64,000 bases of DNA from Camelus dromedarius (taxonomy: Eukaryota), in assembly GCF_036321535.1 (NCBI RefSeq), contig NC_087436.1, positions 105,402,001-105,466,000 of the forward strand, in the 5' to 3' direction. Each line of letters starts with the position of its first letter. Within the stretch, counting starts at the first letter, position 1. The position numbers and the translations under genes are program-made. Shown here piece after piece: positions 24,366 through 36,982 of the stretch. Below the pieces are notes generated by a model. It saw only the letters and a program-made list of their open reading frames with translations. It did not search any database and was not told the DNA's origin.

Positions 24366-26255
24366 TCCAGGGCTGCCGTCTCTGGAGAGCAAGGGGGATT
24401 ATCTTAGTGGTATACAGTAGGTGCTTAATACAAAATAAACAAACGAATAAATGGCCTTTCTTCTTGGGGGACTGGATTATCCTCTCACTGAGGCCCCCAG
24501 CTGCTGGCAAAGAGACTGAGGTACTAGTTTCTGTTTGGCCTTGTAATTGCAGATGAGTCAGTAAATATGAAAGGCTTTTTTTTTCTTTCTTTTCTTTTCT
24601 ATTTTGGTCTTTCCCTTCCTCAAGAGGGAAGCAGAGCTTGGAACCTTGCAATCCCGAGAGTTAAGTATTTTGTTACCCTTGGGGTAGAAGGAAGAGGCTC
24701 CGTTCCTGAAAGCTTAGGTTAGGAGGCTAAGGGCTGCAGGGAGGCTGAGGAGGCTGGGGGCGTGTTGAGGGTCAGGGGCACCGGAGGGTTAGCAGCACTG
24801 ACAAAGCTGATCTCTCTGCAGCACTTACTTGGTGCTGGGCTCTGTGCCAAGGGCTTTACATTAACTCACTTACTCTTCCCTGTGACCTGATCCTGTGAGG
24901 AGGACACAATGGCTACTATTTTCCTTTTATCGATGAGGATTCTGAGGCACTGATGGTTAAGGGGGTGACCTTGAAGTGGCAAGAACCAGGAGGAAAGTTG
25001 CCAGAGACCAAAGGGTATGGATTTGGGTTTGGGAGAGTGGCAGGAGGTGGCTTCACCTTGGTTCCTTTGTCATGAAGAGCACCTTGAAGGTGACACACCA
25101 AGCATGGTTTTCTGGGAGGCTCCCCCGGAGTACCCGGAGGTGCTGGGAGTCTCAGACAATGGGCTTGTCAACACTGACTCTGAGGTCCCTCAGAGATGCT
25201 CTGGATGACTTAAGAACACCTGCCTCCCTCCACCTAACCCCCTAAAGCATCATTCCCAAGAAAGTTACTCTGGTAGGTGGGGGCTTGACCTGTATTTAAT
25301 TGTATATGCAATCAGTAAAGCAAGAATAAACCTCCACCCACTACAATGTCTGGAAGCAGGCTGAGCATCACAGCATCCTGGCAATTTTGCTTCTGGGCTT
25401 CTCCTCCTGCTGTGACCAAGTTCAAGGTCACTCCATTCCTAGGCTACCTCCCGGAGCATGGTCCCTCCAGGCCCCAGCTGTTTTGACTTTCCCACCAGTT
25501 CCAGGGGTCTGGCCCCAGCGTGCCTCTTGTCTCAGCCTGCCTGCTTCGGGTTTGTTTAGGGAGATTAAAAAGCAAACCTGGTTTAACTCGGATCAGCACC
25601 AACCTGTTACTGCTTTGTACTCCTAAGCTCCAAACCAACCTGAACAAATTCCTGTAAGCTGCGGTTAAAGGGCCACCTCCCATGAAAACATTCCTGTCAC
25701 ACTTTTAGATAGGTGCATGCTAGGAAGAAATCTGTATTTGATTGTTTATATTCATGTTTGGTTTTGCCTAATAGGATTAGAATGTTCTGAGGGGAAGCAG
25801 AGTTTGAAGGGAACAGCAGGTGCCTGGCAGAAGGAGGGGGCATGTTAAGGGACAAAAAGAGACAGCCCCTCCCTTGCCTTTGATAGAACCTGAGGGGTCT
25901 CGATGGAGCAGGTGACAAATTGCAAGTTAAAGGGTTCCTGTAGAAAGACAGCAAGCCCATCCTCACCCCAGGAAGTAACAGTAACAGAAAGCGTTCATAA
26001 TAATACGTATCATCAGGTACCAAGTGCTTCAACTGCATCCCAGGCGCTGCCCTGTTTCCCACACATTATCCCATTATTCTTATTGTCCCCATTGAACAGA
26101 TGAGAAGACCGAGGACCAAAGAGGTTATACAAAGTGCCCAAGACCACACAGGAGGGGCTGAGATGGGACTTAAGCCTGAGCATGTCCATGAAGTGCCTGC
26201 TTTTCGGTGCTCTCTGCAGGAAGGCAGCTGGGAAGAACTCAGACTAGGCTGTCGT

Positions 26256-26433
26256 CAGCGGTTCTCAGCCAGAAAGCACATTAATATCAGCTGGGGAGCT
26301 TTTAAAACAGCGCTGGTGCCCAGGCCCCACCCTAGAGAGGCTGATTTAATTGAATTGGGCTGCAGCCTGGGCATCGGTATGTTTTTAGAGCTCCCCAGGT
26401 GAATCTGATGTGCAACCAGGTCTGGGAACTCCG
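26256..26433. mobile_element. MER5-type MITE
   Basis: CAGCGGTTCTCA..GGGAGCTTTTAAAA..CAGGCCCCACCCTAGAGA..CTGATTTAATTG..CTCCCCAGGTGA. Confidence 0.75.
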
Positions 26434-26801
26434 GCTGGATGGGCTGGAGCCCGGATTGAGTCCCGAGGTGACCTGCAGGGAGGGAGGATGCAGAGAAAGT
26501 GCACAGCCAGAGAGCGTGTCGGGGGAGCCTGGGAAAAGGACAACTGGGATCGGAGCTACTTTCTTCTTCCTTCTTCTTAGTAATAAGTGACTCTGCATTT
26601 GCGATAGACATTGAGGACTTTAAACACTGCATTTAAGAAAAAAAAAAAATGAGTCATCTAAAGCTTCCTTAGTTTCCTGGGAAGTCTAGACCTAGAATCA
26701 ACCTGACTGCCGTCCGTCCAATACCAGCACCACTGAGTAGCCCTCACTCTGCCCTGGGGCCAGGTTAACGCAGACCTTGGAGTTACCCAAACCTAATTTT
26801 A

Positions 26802-27044
26802 AAATATTTATTTTAAAAATTGTGATGAAATATACATAACATAAAATGTATCATTTTAACCACTTTTAACTGTCAGGTTCCCGACTTTAAGTACATTCGC
26901 ATTGCTGTTCAAACATCACCACCATCCATCTCCAGAGCTTTTCTCATCTTGTAAAACTGAAACTCTGTGCCCATTAAACAGTAACTCCCCCCTTCCCCCT
27001 TCTCCGAGCCCCATCTGCTTTCTTTCTCCATGAATTTGACTGCA
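26802..27044 (-). mobile_element. L1MB-type 3' fragment with target-site duplication
   Basis: ACATAACATAAAAT..CACCACCATCCATCTCCAGA..AACTGAAACTCTGTGCCCATTAAACA. TSD ACCCA(A/G)ACCTAATTTTA at 26785-26801 and 27045-27061. Confidence 0.85.
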
Positions 27045-27189
27045 ACCCAGACCTAATTTTATGAGAGATTATTTATACTTCTATCAGCTCAAATATAAAC
27101 AACAGTAACTAGCTTCACATGAGCAATTAATCATTCAGTGACCGTGTCAGTAGATTGCATTCCCCCCCGTTATACAGACGCTCAGACAG

Positions 27190-27538
27190 TGTGGCAGAGA
27201 CCATTCTATGTGCTCACGCTGGAAGATGACCTTTTCTAGCCTCTGTGGCAGTTAGGTGGGGCCATTCTGTTGGGCCTAGCCAATGGGAAATGGGCAGAAG
27301 TGATGATACCAGGCCTGGCCCTAAACCCCCTACCGTGACTACCATCTTCTCTGTCCTCCATGGCAACCTCAGAGTCTGTGTGTCAAAAGATGGGAGAAGC
27401 CTGCATCCCTGAATCCCAGCTCGGGGCAGAACCACCAAGAATTGGTGTCCAATTTGGCAGCATGTGAGCAAGAAATCAAACTGAGCTCTGGGGCAGGGAT
27501 GTTACTGCAGCAAGGCCTCTCCTATCCTGACTAATACA
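27190..27538 (+). mobile_element. MLT1H-like MaLR LTR inserted into a MIR
   Basis: TGTGGCAGAGAC..GCAGTTAGGTGGGGCCA..GCCAATGG..GCAGAAGTGATG..CCTATCCTGACTAATACA. Confidence 0.75.
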
Positions 27539-27611
27539 GAGGGGTTAAGAAACTTACTAAGATCTCATAGCTAATAGTCACTGGGATTAGGATTCAACCC
27601 TGGCTCATTCT

Positions 27612-27902
27612 TTTTTCCCCCCCCTTATTTTTTATTTAAGTGTAGTCAGTTTACAATGTTAGTTTCAGGTGTACAGCAAAGTGATTCAGTTACACATATA
27701 CATACATACATATATATATTTTCAGTTTCTTTTCCATTGCAGCTCATTACAAGAGATTGAATATAGTTCCCTATGCTATACAGTAGGTCCTTGTTGTTTA
27801 TTTATTTTACATATAGTAATGTGTACCTGTTAATCCCAAACTCCTAATCTATCCCTTCCTGCCCCACTCCCCACCCTGGTAACCATAGTTTGTTTTCTAT
27901 GT
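27612..27902 (-). mobile_element. Artiodactyl-lineage L1 3' UTR fragment with TSD
   Basis: Same family as 12311-12625; flanked by AACCCTGGCTCATTCT (27596) and AACCCTGGTTCTTCT (27903). Confidence 0.85.
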
Positions 27903-28799
27903 AACCCTGGTTCTTCTGATACCAAATTTTGTGATCTTTGGCTCTATGCTCTATTACTATCATATTATTCTGTATTGCTCCCAAACTATTTGAAGTTAAA
28001 TATATGGTCTTACATTTGAATGTTTCTCTACAACACACCACCCCCCAAAAGAAAAATAACACAAATTTCTTTGGCTGAGCTCCATTCCTTCCATTGATAC
28101 AAATCCAACCAGCCTTTGGTACTTGAGTCAGGAAAATGTTTAAACCTACTCTTTTTTAAGAGATGCTTCTCCAGCAATTTATTTTCTGTCACTGTCTATG
28201 TTTCTGCCTATGAAGGATGATATTTTGTTCACCTTTGGTGCCTCCACCTCATCGTATTCTGCAGTAAATGTCCCCAAACAATGCTTTTGCTGTCCATTAG
28301 GTAGGGCTGTCTTGACTGGCTGTCACCCAGCAAGACTGCGTTTCCAAGTCTTTGGTCTAAACGTAATGCCATTTCTTCTTAGCACATCACCCACCACTGT
28401 CTCCTGTTAAGTGAGTGTGCATGCCTTAAAAAAAATGTTTCAACAGAGTGTTTCTTCTGTATTCTATGTCAAGACAGCATCTGTCACCCACACAGAGCAA
28501 GCCCAGGGCTTGATAATCCTTTTAAAGCTTTGAAGGGGAAGGTATAGAAAAAATGGCCAAGAGATAGCCCATAAACCTGGGAACTTGGAAACAGAAAAGC
28601 AAAGTTGGATACAGAGCATCCTGTTGGTACTAAGTAAGAAAAATGCCAGAAAACTTTCCACATTATGACGTAACAGAACAGCCAGGTAAGTACTTTTACC
28701 CAACCATTGAAATAGAGTACGATGGCCAGATACAGCAATTAAGTACACGCGTTCACTGAGGGCCTCTACAATGTTTGGTGCTGTGGTGTGTCTGCTCCA

Positions 28800-28955
28800 C
28801 AACTTACATGCCGTGTGACTTTGGGCAAGGTGTCACTCTCTCCGAGCCTCAGTTTCCTGGTCTGTTAACTGGAGCTAATACCAGCTACCTTTCAGGATTA
28901 TTGGAGGTGTTAGTGAATTGTGGGTAAAGTGCCTGGCACACAGTAGGTGCTCTCC
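28800..28955 (+). mobile_element. MIR SINE
   Basis: GTGTGACTTTGGGCAAG..GAGCCTCAGTTTCCT..GTGCCTGGCACACAGTAGGTGCTC. Confidence 0.8.
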
Positions 28956-29484
28956 CTTCATTCAAATCACCATTCCTGTGGGTTAAGTATTGCTCCTCAG
29001 CGAAGTCTGTCCTCATGAAAGCGTGGAGCAGCCCAAGGCACCAGGAGCCTTGCTGAGGAGGTGAAGTAGGAGATCTGGGATGGCCAGAGGAGAAATTGGT
29101 AGCCTAAGTGGAAGCAGAGGACCCAGAAGAAAGCTTCCCTTCCTTGCACTTTGCCTTGTGTGGAAGGAGCTGAGTTTTAGTGAGAGGTCCCCATTGAGAT
29201 GGTCCCTTCTTGTTTCTCCCTGCCATCCCCTCTTCTCTGATTTGCTGATGTCTGAATTATTTTTCCTGGAGAACCCAACCTCTAAATCAATTCAGTTTTT
29301 CAAATATTTGTTGAGTACCTATCATACATGGCAGGTGATGGGGGGAGGCATATATAGGGTTTAAATGGGATCAAAGTCTTAGGCTAGAAGGAAAAGCTCT
29401 GATGGTAGATTTTAGGAAGTGGGAGAGGCATTGCTGGCAGCAGGAAGAGTTTTCCAGGGACTCAGAATTATACTATAGAATTCC

Positions 29485-29812
29485 TTTATTCAGTAGGCAT
29501 CTTTTGAACACTTATTATGTCCTGTACGAGGGGCTGGAGAGGTAGAATGAAAAGACTTAGTTCCAGGTTTGCAGTTTCTCATGGTCCATTAAGCGAAGTG
29601 TTAAGAACAATATAATGTGGCAAGTGCTGTGATAAGTATAAGAACAGGGTGCCAAGGGTCAGCCAACTCAGACGTGGGGTGGTCAGGGAAGGCTTCCTGG
29701 AGGAGGTAACATTTGACTTAGGTCTTGAAGCATGAATGGATGTTAACAAGAGGGAAGAGACAAAAGAGAAAAACATTCCGGGCAGAAAATACAGCACATG
29801 CAAAGGCACAGA
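29485..29812 (-). mobile_element. L2 LINE 3' region
   Basis: GGTCAGGGAAGGCTTCCTGGAGGAGGTAACATTTGA..CATTCCGGGCAGA..CAGCACATGCAAAGGC. Confidence 0.8.
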
Positions 29813-30644
29813 TCAGCTTTATAAGACCCATCCAATAATAATAAAACAACACTGAAAATGGTAGCAGCCAACTTTTCCTGAATGCTTGCTGTAAGGTAAT
29901 GTACTTTACATGTATTTTCCCATTCAACTGTTACAATAGTCCTTGGAGCCAGGTGTTACTCATGTTTCCATTCTCCAAATGAGGAAACTGAGTTATTGGG
30001 AGGTTGGATAATTTGTCCAGTTGTACATAGCCAGTTAACAACTGAACCTGGCTTTTCCAATTCCCAAAGCAAAGCTCTTAAAACCTCTTCCATACTTTCT
30101 CTGAATCTCAATTTGCAGTGTTGAAGCCAAGAGCTCAGCATTCCTAAGCCATCTTTCTATACACTTGGAGTCTTCTCTTTAATGTGGAAATCTGGTCCAG
30201 TCTGAGCCCCGGCAGCTTGGCTGTGCATCAGGGTCCCTGGACTTCCTTTCTGCCCTCGCGCTGCCTGGTAGTCCAGCCATCTATCTTCACAAAGCACCGA
30301 ATCAGAGAAAAGTTCTGGGAAAAACAAAATCGATGGCTCATGTCACTCTCGGGTCTTTAATGAAACTGCAGCCATGCTTGACTTGTCGTGGCCGCCCCCT
30401 CTTTCCACCCCTGGCTCCCCGAGCACTTAGCCATCCCTATTGATTCCTAGGCTGCTGGAAATGGGAGCCCATTAGAAGGAGTCACTGAAGTCTGTTCATC
30501 TGCGTTCCACTGTGGGTTGATTTTTCACTTGTTGACTTTTTTTTAAATCTAATTTCCCTAGTTACTCTATTTAGAAAGAAATAATATTGTCAAACTGAAA
30601 AAGAAAAAATAAAAGGAGAAAAAAAAAACAAACGCTAGTTCTGT

Positions 30645-31940
30645 TGCTCTAGAATTCATTTCCTTTCATGCTCTGCTCTGTGACAGAGGGAGCCACCCCC
30701 GACAGGCTCTGCTCCCCAGGCTCCAACAAAGTTGATCCTGGTTGGGTTTGGCCAGTAGGGGGCAGTGGTGGGAGCCAAGGAGTGGACAGAAGGTGGAAGC
30801 CAGGTTCTTTCTTATCCCTCTCTGTCCACAGTGCTCCCAGCAGTGGCTGTACCTTCTCCACAACATCGTCCTCCAGGGGTTCACCAGGGTCTCGTAGGGG
30901 GAACTTGGCTCTGGGCTTCGGTAACACCGCCTCCTCCCTGTTTCTCCAGTGTAGGGGCTGACTTCAAAAATAGGTGACTGGATCCAGTTTCAATGTGTGT
31001 GTGGAGGCGTCCCCACACCCACAAGCAATTCTCCGATGCCCGCAGGGTGTCCAGTAATTCAACTCAATTCTGACACTCTACCTAGAGATAGATTCAGGAT
31101 CCACAGGTCAAGGGCTTAGTCCCACAAGACCACCCTCCACTGCAGACATCAGTCTCAAGCCCAGGTTGTTACCTGTGCTTCTGACTGCCAGGCTACAAAC
31201 TGAAGTTCCCAATGACCCCCTGCTCGGATTCGATTAATTTGCTAGAACAGCTCACAGAACTCAGGAAAACCCGTTTACTCACTGATTATTATAGAAGGAT
31301 GTTAAAAGATACAAATGAACGTCCAGTTGAAGAGTACCCAGTGCAAGTTCCTGAATGAAGGAACTTCTGTCCTTGTGGAGCTTGGAGCCCCACACAGTGG
31401 CACGTGGAAGCATTCTGGTTCCTCTATGTGGAAGCTCTCCAAAAAGGGCCCAAAAGCTGTCCTTTTGGGTTTTTATGGAGGCTTCATTACATAGTCAGAT
31501 TGACTAAATCATTGCCCAATAAAGATTGATTCAATCTCAAGCCTCGCTTCCCCAGAATTCAGGGAGTGGGACTGAAATCTCCAACTTTCTAATCACATGG
31601 TTGCTTCTCCTGGCAACCAGCCCCCACCCTGGGGTGGGATCCAAAAGTCACCTTCATTAACATAAACCCAATTGTGACGGCAGAAACTTCCAAGGGTTTT
31701 GGAAGCTGTGAGATAGGAACTTTGAATGAAGACAAAATGTATCTGAGAAATGTATTTTGGCCATCTGAATGACTGTATATATGTGTGTGTGTGTGTTTCT
31801 TATAAATCATAATATCACACTTACCCTACTGTTTGGCTTCTCAGTCTTTCATCAGCAGGACAAACAATTCCCTGTATTAAATTCCTTCTGTTTTAAATAC
31901 TTAAAAGTGGTTTCTGTTTGTCTGGAGCCTGTTACAGAGA
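30645..31940 (+). mobile_element. ERVL LTR of the LTR33/LTR41 group, split by a MER21-like LTR
   Basis: 5' half GGTTGGGTTTGGCCAGTAGGGGGCA..CAGCAGTGGCTG..GGTAACACCGCCTCCTCC; 3' half (31820-31940) TTGGCTTCTCAG..TTCCCTGTATTAAATTCC..GTGGTTTCTGTTT. Confidence 0.65.
30960..31819 (-). mobile_element. MER21-like LTR (nested)
   Basis: AATTCAACTCAATTCTGACAC..CCCACAAGAC..TAATTTGCTAGAACAGCTCACAGAACTCAGG..TTTTATGGAGGCTTCATTAC..ends AATATCACA. Confidence 0.8.
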
Positions 31941-32379
31941 GGGAAACCAATTTGCTAAGAAAAGACATCTCAATCCGTAAACTATTGGCAACCCAATCTA
32001 TTATGATTTTGTTCAATTCAGCTCAACTCAACTGAACTCAGTTTAAATAAATAAATATTCATTGAGCACCCACTTTGAGAAAGGCACAGTACTTATTTGG
32101 TAATCAGGATACAAAATAAAGATATTTTTAAAAAAATGCCTGCTCTCAGGGAATTGACAGTCCAGTAGCATAAAGAGGCAAGGGAACTAAAGGTGAAGGT
32201 ATTCTGCACAGTGAGTTCTAATAAAGATATTATTAGGTGAGCCCTGGGGAGGGGCTCTTCATTAGATTGGGGCATCGAGAGGGGCTTCTCCAGGAAGCCA
32301 CACTCAAATAGGAAAATGTGGAATAAACACAGTCAGGTAAAGAGAACAACGCCATAATATAAGTGCATAGATGGGCAGT

Positions 32380-33420
32380 TATAAAGTCTGAGAAATCTAA
32401 TTTCCAGAACATATAATATGACAGTGAAAATCCAGTGACTAAATTCTATCCAGGCAGATGGACGAATGGAGCAAAAGAGTTATCGCAGAAATAGACTCCA
32501 GGATAAGATTTTTTTTTTTGGCTTGTTTTGTTCTAGGATAAGATTTTTATTTGATAAACATAATAAAGGAGGAAAGGGAAAAAATGGCTAAATGAATGGT
32601 ATTAGGACAATTATTTAACTAATGGGGGGAATATAGATTTTACCTCATACTTTTTACCAAAATTACTGATTGAAGAGTTAACCTCTCCCCTCACCCCCAA
32701 GAAGCCATAAAATCTAGAAGACACTATAAGTTAAAGTTTACTGGATTTGGGGATGGGGATGGACTTTCTAAAGCATGGAACATATAATGAGGGAAAAATT
32801 TACAAATTAAACTCCCTATGCAATATCAAAATGAAACTTAAACAAACCAGGATTAAAAGTTTGCCAAAGAAATATGACAGACGGGATTTGTATCTTTAAT
32901 ATATAAAGAACTTTTACAGACAAATATGAGAAGATAAACAATCCAATGGAAAATATGAGCTAATGATATAAATGTGCAACTCATATTGAATACACGTATA
33001 AGGGAAAAATTTAACCCATTAGTAATTAAAGATAGCAAGATTTTTTTTTTTTGCCAACCTCATTAGCAAACTGTGTTTTGTTTTCTAAATAAAACTCAAT
33101 ATCACTGAGTGATAAGGGAACTCTCATCATTGCTGGTAGGGGTTTGAATGACTATATTCTTGGAAAATAATTTTGTGACGTGTATCTAGGGCCTTAAAAT
33201 GTTTATGACTTTTGTTCACATCTATAGTATCATTTTTAGAAATGTATCCAAAGTAAATAAGCAGAGATACAGACATCTTACTGTTATTTATAGTAAAAAA
33301 TGGAAAATAATCTTAGGCAGCTTTGCTGTGTAATAATCATAGCATCTTACATCATGCAAAAGTTACAACAGAATGTGATAAATACTCTTTATAACAAAGC
33401 TAAGTGCAAAGAAAAGCAAG
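32380..33420 (+). mobile_element. Old L1ME-type ORF2 C-terminal/3' remnant
   Basis: CAGAAATAGAC..TACCTCATAC..ATATATAAAGAACT..ACAATCCAATGGAAAA..TGCTGGTAGG blocks; heavily decayed. Confidence 0.65.
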
Positions 33421-33731
33421 AAACCAGGCAAAAAAGGGACCACTGTGCCTGGAGGTGTCAGGGAAGTCCTCAGAAATGATATTTAAATTGGGTTCAGAAG
33501 GATGAATAGGAGTTTACCAGGTAGAACAAAGAAGGGTTCAGGCAGAAAGATGTATGAATGTATGGAGGCCTGAAAGTGTACATTTAAGGAACAGTAAGGA
33601 GTTTGTTGGGGGAGGGAGAGAAGGTGAAAGGAGAGAATTAGTTGGGTCACAGGGTTTTGGTGCCATCCTGAGAACTAGACAATGGACAGTCAATTTGGAT
33701 TTTCAAGCAGAATTGTGGAAGGATTTGTTCT

Positions 33732-34444
33732 ACCTTTGAGTTAGCTACAGATGATAGAGTACAGTTGGTGGCCAAACTCAAAACATGTGTTTTCTGTGAA
33801 TACATACAACAGCTTCTCCCAAAATGGATGTTTCAGGAAGTTCATGGGGCATCAGGAGGCAGAGGGACAGTCAGGAAGCTCAGGAGAGAGGCCAGCTGGG
33901 ACTTGCTGAGGGCTGGCCCAAGGCAAAGGTGGGGGAAGGATTAGAGAGCTTTGAAGGAGCAGCAATGCCAAGGGGAGGACAAATAAACAGGAGGAGCACC
34001 TGGATTTGCAGTCTTTTGAGCCAAATGGGAACAAATCATTAGGATACAGTTGATATTTGCACTCAAGGATTTGAGGGGGACCAAGGTGGAAAGCAGTAAA
34101 ACTAGGAATTTGGGAAGTTATTACCTGCAGAAGAATACCTTCACACCTGTGTCAGCCTTATCTGATGAAGATGAAACCTCTGGTCCTCCCTGCAGGGGGT
34201 TGGGGAAGTGGGGACCACAACCAAAACCCTGAGTGGGGCACACAGGTGTCTGTGTCAGTTTCCAGTGTCTGCCTCTTCCTAGACTTTTCTCTATCAGTTT
34301 TGCCCCAGAGTGAACATGGGAGAAATGAAAGTTCATGAAATACCACCTTTGAGTTAGCTACAAATGAGAGAGTACAGCTGGTGGCCAAACTCAAAATACG
34401 GATTTTCTGTGAATATCTCCAATAGCTCCTCCCCAAAATGGATG
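33732..34444. repeat. ~100-bp direct repeat pair (33732-33830 and 34345-34444)
   Basis: ACCTTTGAGTTAGCTACA..TGGTGGCCAAACTCAAAA..TTTTCTGTGAATA..AAAATGGATG; 12 mismatches and 1 indel by manual alignment. Confidence 0.9.
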
Positions 34445-35539
34445 AATAACTTGGGACACTGGAAATAGGTTGTGCTCAAATGCATTCTACCTTACCCATC
34501 CTGCAAGCACTTTGCCTTCTTTTAATGGGTGACCATTTGCAAAGCTGATCCGAGAGCCCTTGAGAACATTTCCATATATTACTGTGACATTCTTGATATA
34601 ATAAGAAAAAGAGAGAGGGCTGGGGCTTGGCTTGTAGGGCTGCGAGCTGTGTCTGGTAATAAGGCCCCGGGTTTATAAGGTTAATTCTTCTATCAGCCGA
34701 AGAGGCTACCTTCTCAGGCATGTCGGAGAGAGGAGAATTTATTCCCCCAGGCACCGCTGTCACTGGGCATTCTGGTAAATAACCGCATTGCCAGTGTGCT
34801 GTGAAGGGGACACACTTCCGTTCAGAGCGGTGCAGAGGAGAGCGCAAGGCTTGAGAGACAGGGCGGAGGAAAGACCACCCAGCTTACGTATTTGGATATT
34901 TCTCATTTGGGGACACTGTCACAGTCACTTGGTGAGACCAGATAAGCAGCCCTGGTTAAACCTGGGAAAAAGAGCTGGTTGCACATTTTGGAGTCAGGTT
35001 CCAAACAGCACTGTCATTCTTACTGAGGCATTTAAACAAGCGTAGCCTGGTGACAGAGGGGCTTAAAATGCCAAGAGGGGGAGCACTGAGTAAAAGCTGC
35101 TGATTAAGCTCCATGACCCCTATTACCCATTGGTTTCTCAGAATTAGGTCCTAAGCCCAGATGAAGTTTGGATCCTACGCTATAGGCTCATAGTCTGTGG
35201 TGACAATGAACATTCGGGGCTCAAGCCTCTCCCAGGGAAAGCTGGGGAAATATCTTTTCTTAGCTTGTGTTCCATTGTCCCTCCCTAAATGCCATCTTTG
35301 GGGACCTCATCCTGCAGCTTCATCTTGTGGGCTCCCCACACGTTTTTAGGGTAAATACTAAACTATTGCAATGATACCATAAAGAACAGAGCCTCAGACA
35401 AGACTGACATTTATTTCTCTCTCATAGAATACTTTAGTTGTAGAAAGATGGTGCAGGTAGGGTGAGCAACTCTGTTCCGTTGAGACCAGGTCCTCAGGAC
35501 CCAGGTTGATTCTCTTCTGAAGTCAACCATCCTTTTGAT

Positions 35540-35755
35540 TAGGAATCAACAAATGTTTTCTGGGCTGGATAATAAATGTTTCCAGCTTTGTGAGCCAAGT
35601 GGCCCTTGTGACGATTGGACTCTGCCATCATAGCACTTAAGCAGCTAGAGACCATACAAAACAAATGGATGCGGTTGCATGCCAATAAAACTTTATTTAC
35701 AAAAGCAGGTGGTTGGTAGGATTTAGCTTGTGGGCTGTAATTTTGCTCACCTCTG
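35540..35755. mobile_element. MER58A MITE
   Basis: CTCTGCCATCATAGC..CCAATAAAACTTTATTTACAAAAGCAGGTGG..GGGCTGTAATTTTGCTCACCTCTG. Confidence 0.8.
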
Positions 35756-35763
35756 CTCTGGAG

Positions 35764-36060
35764 CAGTGCTGTCCAATGGAAGTGTACAGTGAGCCACATA
35801 TATAATTTTAAATTTCCTCGTACACCATTTAAAAATTACAATGAAATAGTGGAGAATTAATTTTAACATTACATCATTTTTAATATATATCTAAAATGTT
35901 ATCATTTCAGTATGTCATCAAAATAAATATTAATGAGATACCTTACAGTCTTTTTTTGGTACTGAGTCTTTGGAATCCAGTGCTATATCCTTACAGCGCA
36001 TCTCAATTTCAAGGGTTTAGCAGCACACATGGCCAGTGCAGTTGTATGAGTGCCGTCCTA
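35764..36060. mobile_element. MER33 MITE
   Basis: CAGTGCTGTCCAAT..GAGCCACATATATAATTTTAAATTT..TAATGAGATA..TACTGAGTCTTTGGAATCCAGTG..CATCTCAATT. Confidence 0.75.
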
Positions 36061-36569
36061 GAGGGTTGTTCTTGTCTGCCTGGTTACAGTGGCTCATTGG
36101 TACTATGTTTGCATTCCAGCTCTTGAGTAGAGAGGGAAGGGGGGCACTTGCCCAACTGTGCTAGTGTCAAGACTCCAAAGTTGCATATATCACTTTCCTT
36201 GACTTAACATTGGTAAGAATACAGTCACATGGACATGTTCAGCTGCAAAGGAGAGTGGGAAATGTAGTCTCTAGCTGGATGGCCGTGTGCCCAGCTAATA
36301 CTTGTCACGGGCAGCTTTACTACTAACAGGAGAAAGGGAAGAAAAAGTATTGGTAGGCAGCAGTTTTTGCCATACCATCGAACATTTATTTAATTGTTCA
36401 ACGATCTTCTCTCTGATTCTGAAATCACAGCCTGGCCCAGGGTGGAAGTCAGTCTGTTGAGATGGGTGAGATAGGGGTCCCTGATTCAGACCTTATCTTC
36501 TTCTCCTTGAAGCCACCCATTCCTATGCCATTCTTCTGTCCCTCTCCATCGCCTGCACCAACTGCCATC

Positions 36570-36982
36570 TGTCTTAGATTCTTAGCGCTGCTGTAACAAA
36601 TGACCACAAACCTGGTGGCTTCAACAACAGAAATTTATTCTCTCACCAAAATCCAGATGCCAGCAAGGCCATGTGCCCTTCCAGAGTCCTAGGCGAGCAT
36701 CCTTTCTGGCTTCTTCTTACCTCTGTCCCAGCTCCTGGCCTTCCTTGGCTTGCAGACCCATCACTCCAAATTCTGCCTCCATCTTCACACTATCTTCTTT
36801 GTGTTTCTCTGTTTCTTTTCCTTGTTTTACAAAGACACAAATCATGGAATTTGGGGCCCACATCCAATCCAGGATGGTTTCATTTAACTATTTATACCTG
36901 CAAAGACCCTCTTTCCAAATAAGCTCACATTCCGAGGTTCCATGTGGATGTGAATTCGGGGGACACTATTCAATCCGTTACA
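36570..36982 (-). mobile_element. MLT1B/C-like LTR
   Basis: GCTGCTGTAACAAATGACCACAAACCTGGTGGCTT..ACAGAAATTTATTCTCTCAC..GGGGACACTATTCAA. Confidence 0.8.

Larger units (their letters stand above)
35345..36375 (-). mobile_element. MLT1J-like LTR carrying two nested hAT MITEs
   Basis: TTTATTTCTCTCTCA on the left; AGTCACATGG..AGCTGCAAAGGAGAGTGGGAAATGTAGTCT..GTGCCCAGCTA on the right. Confidence 0.65.
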
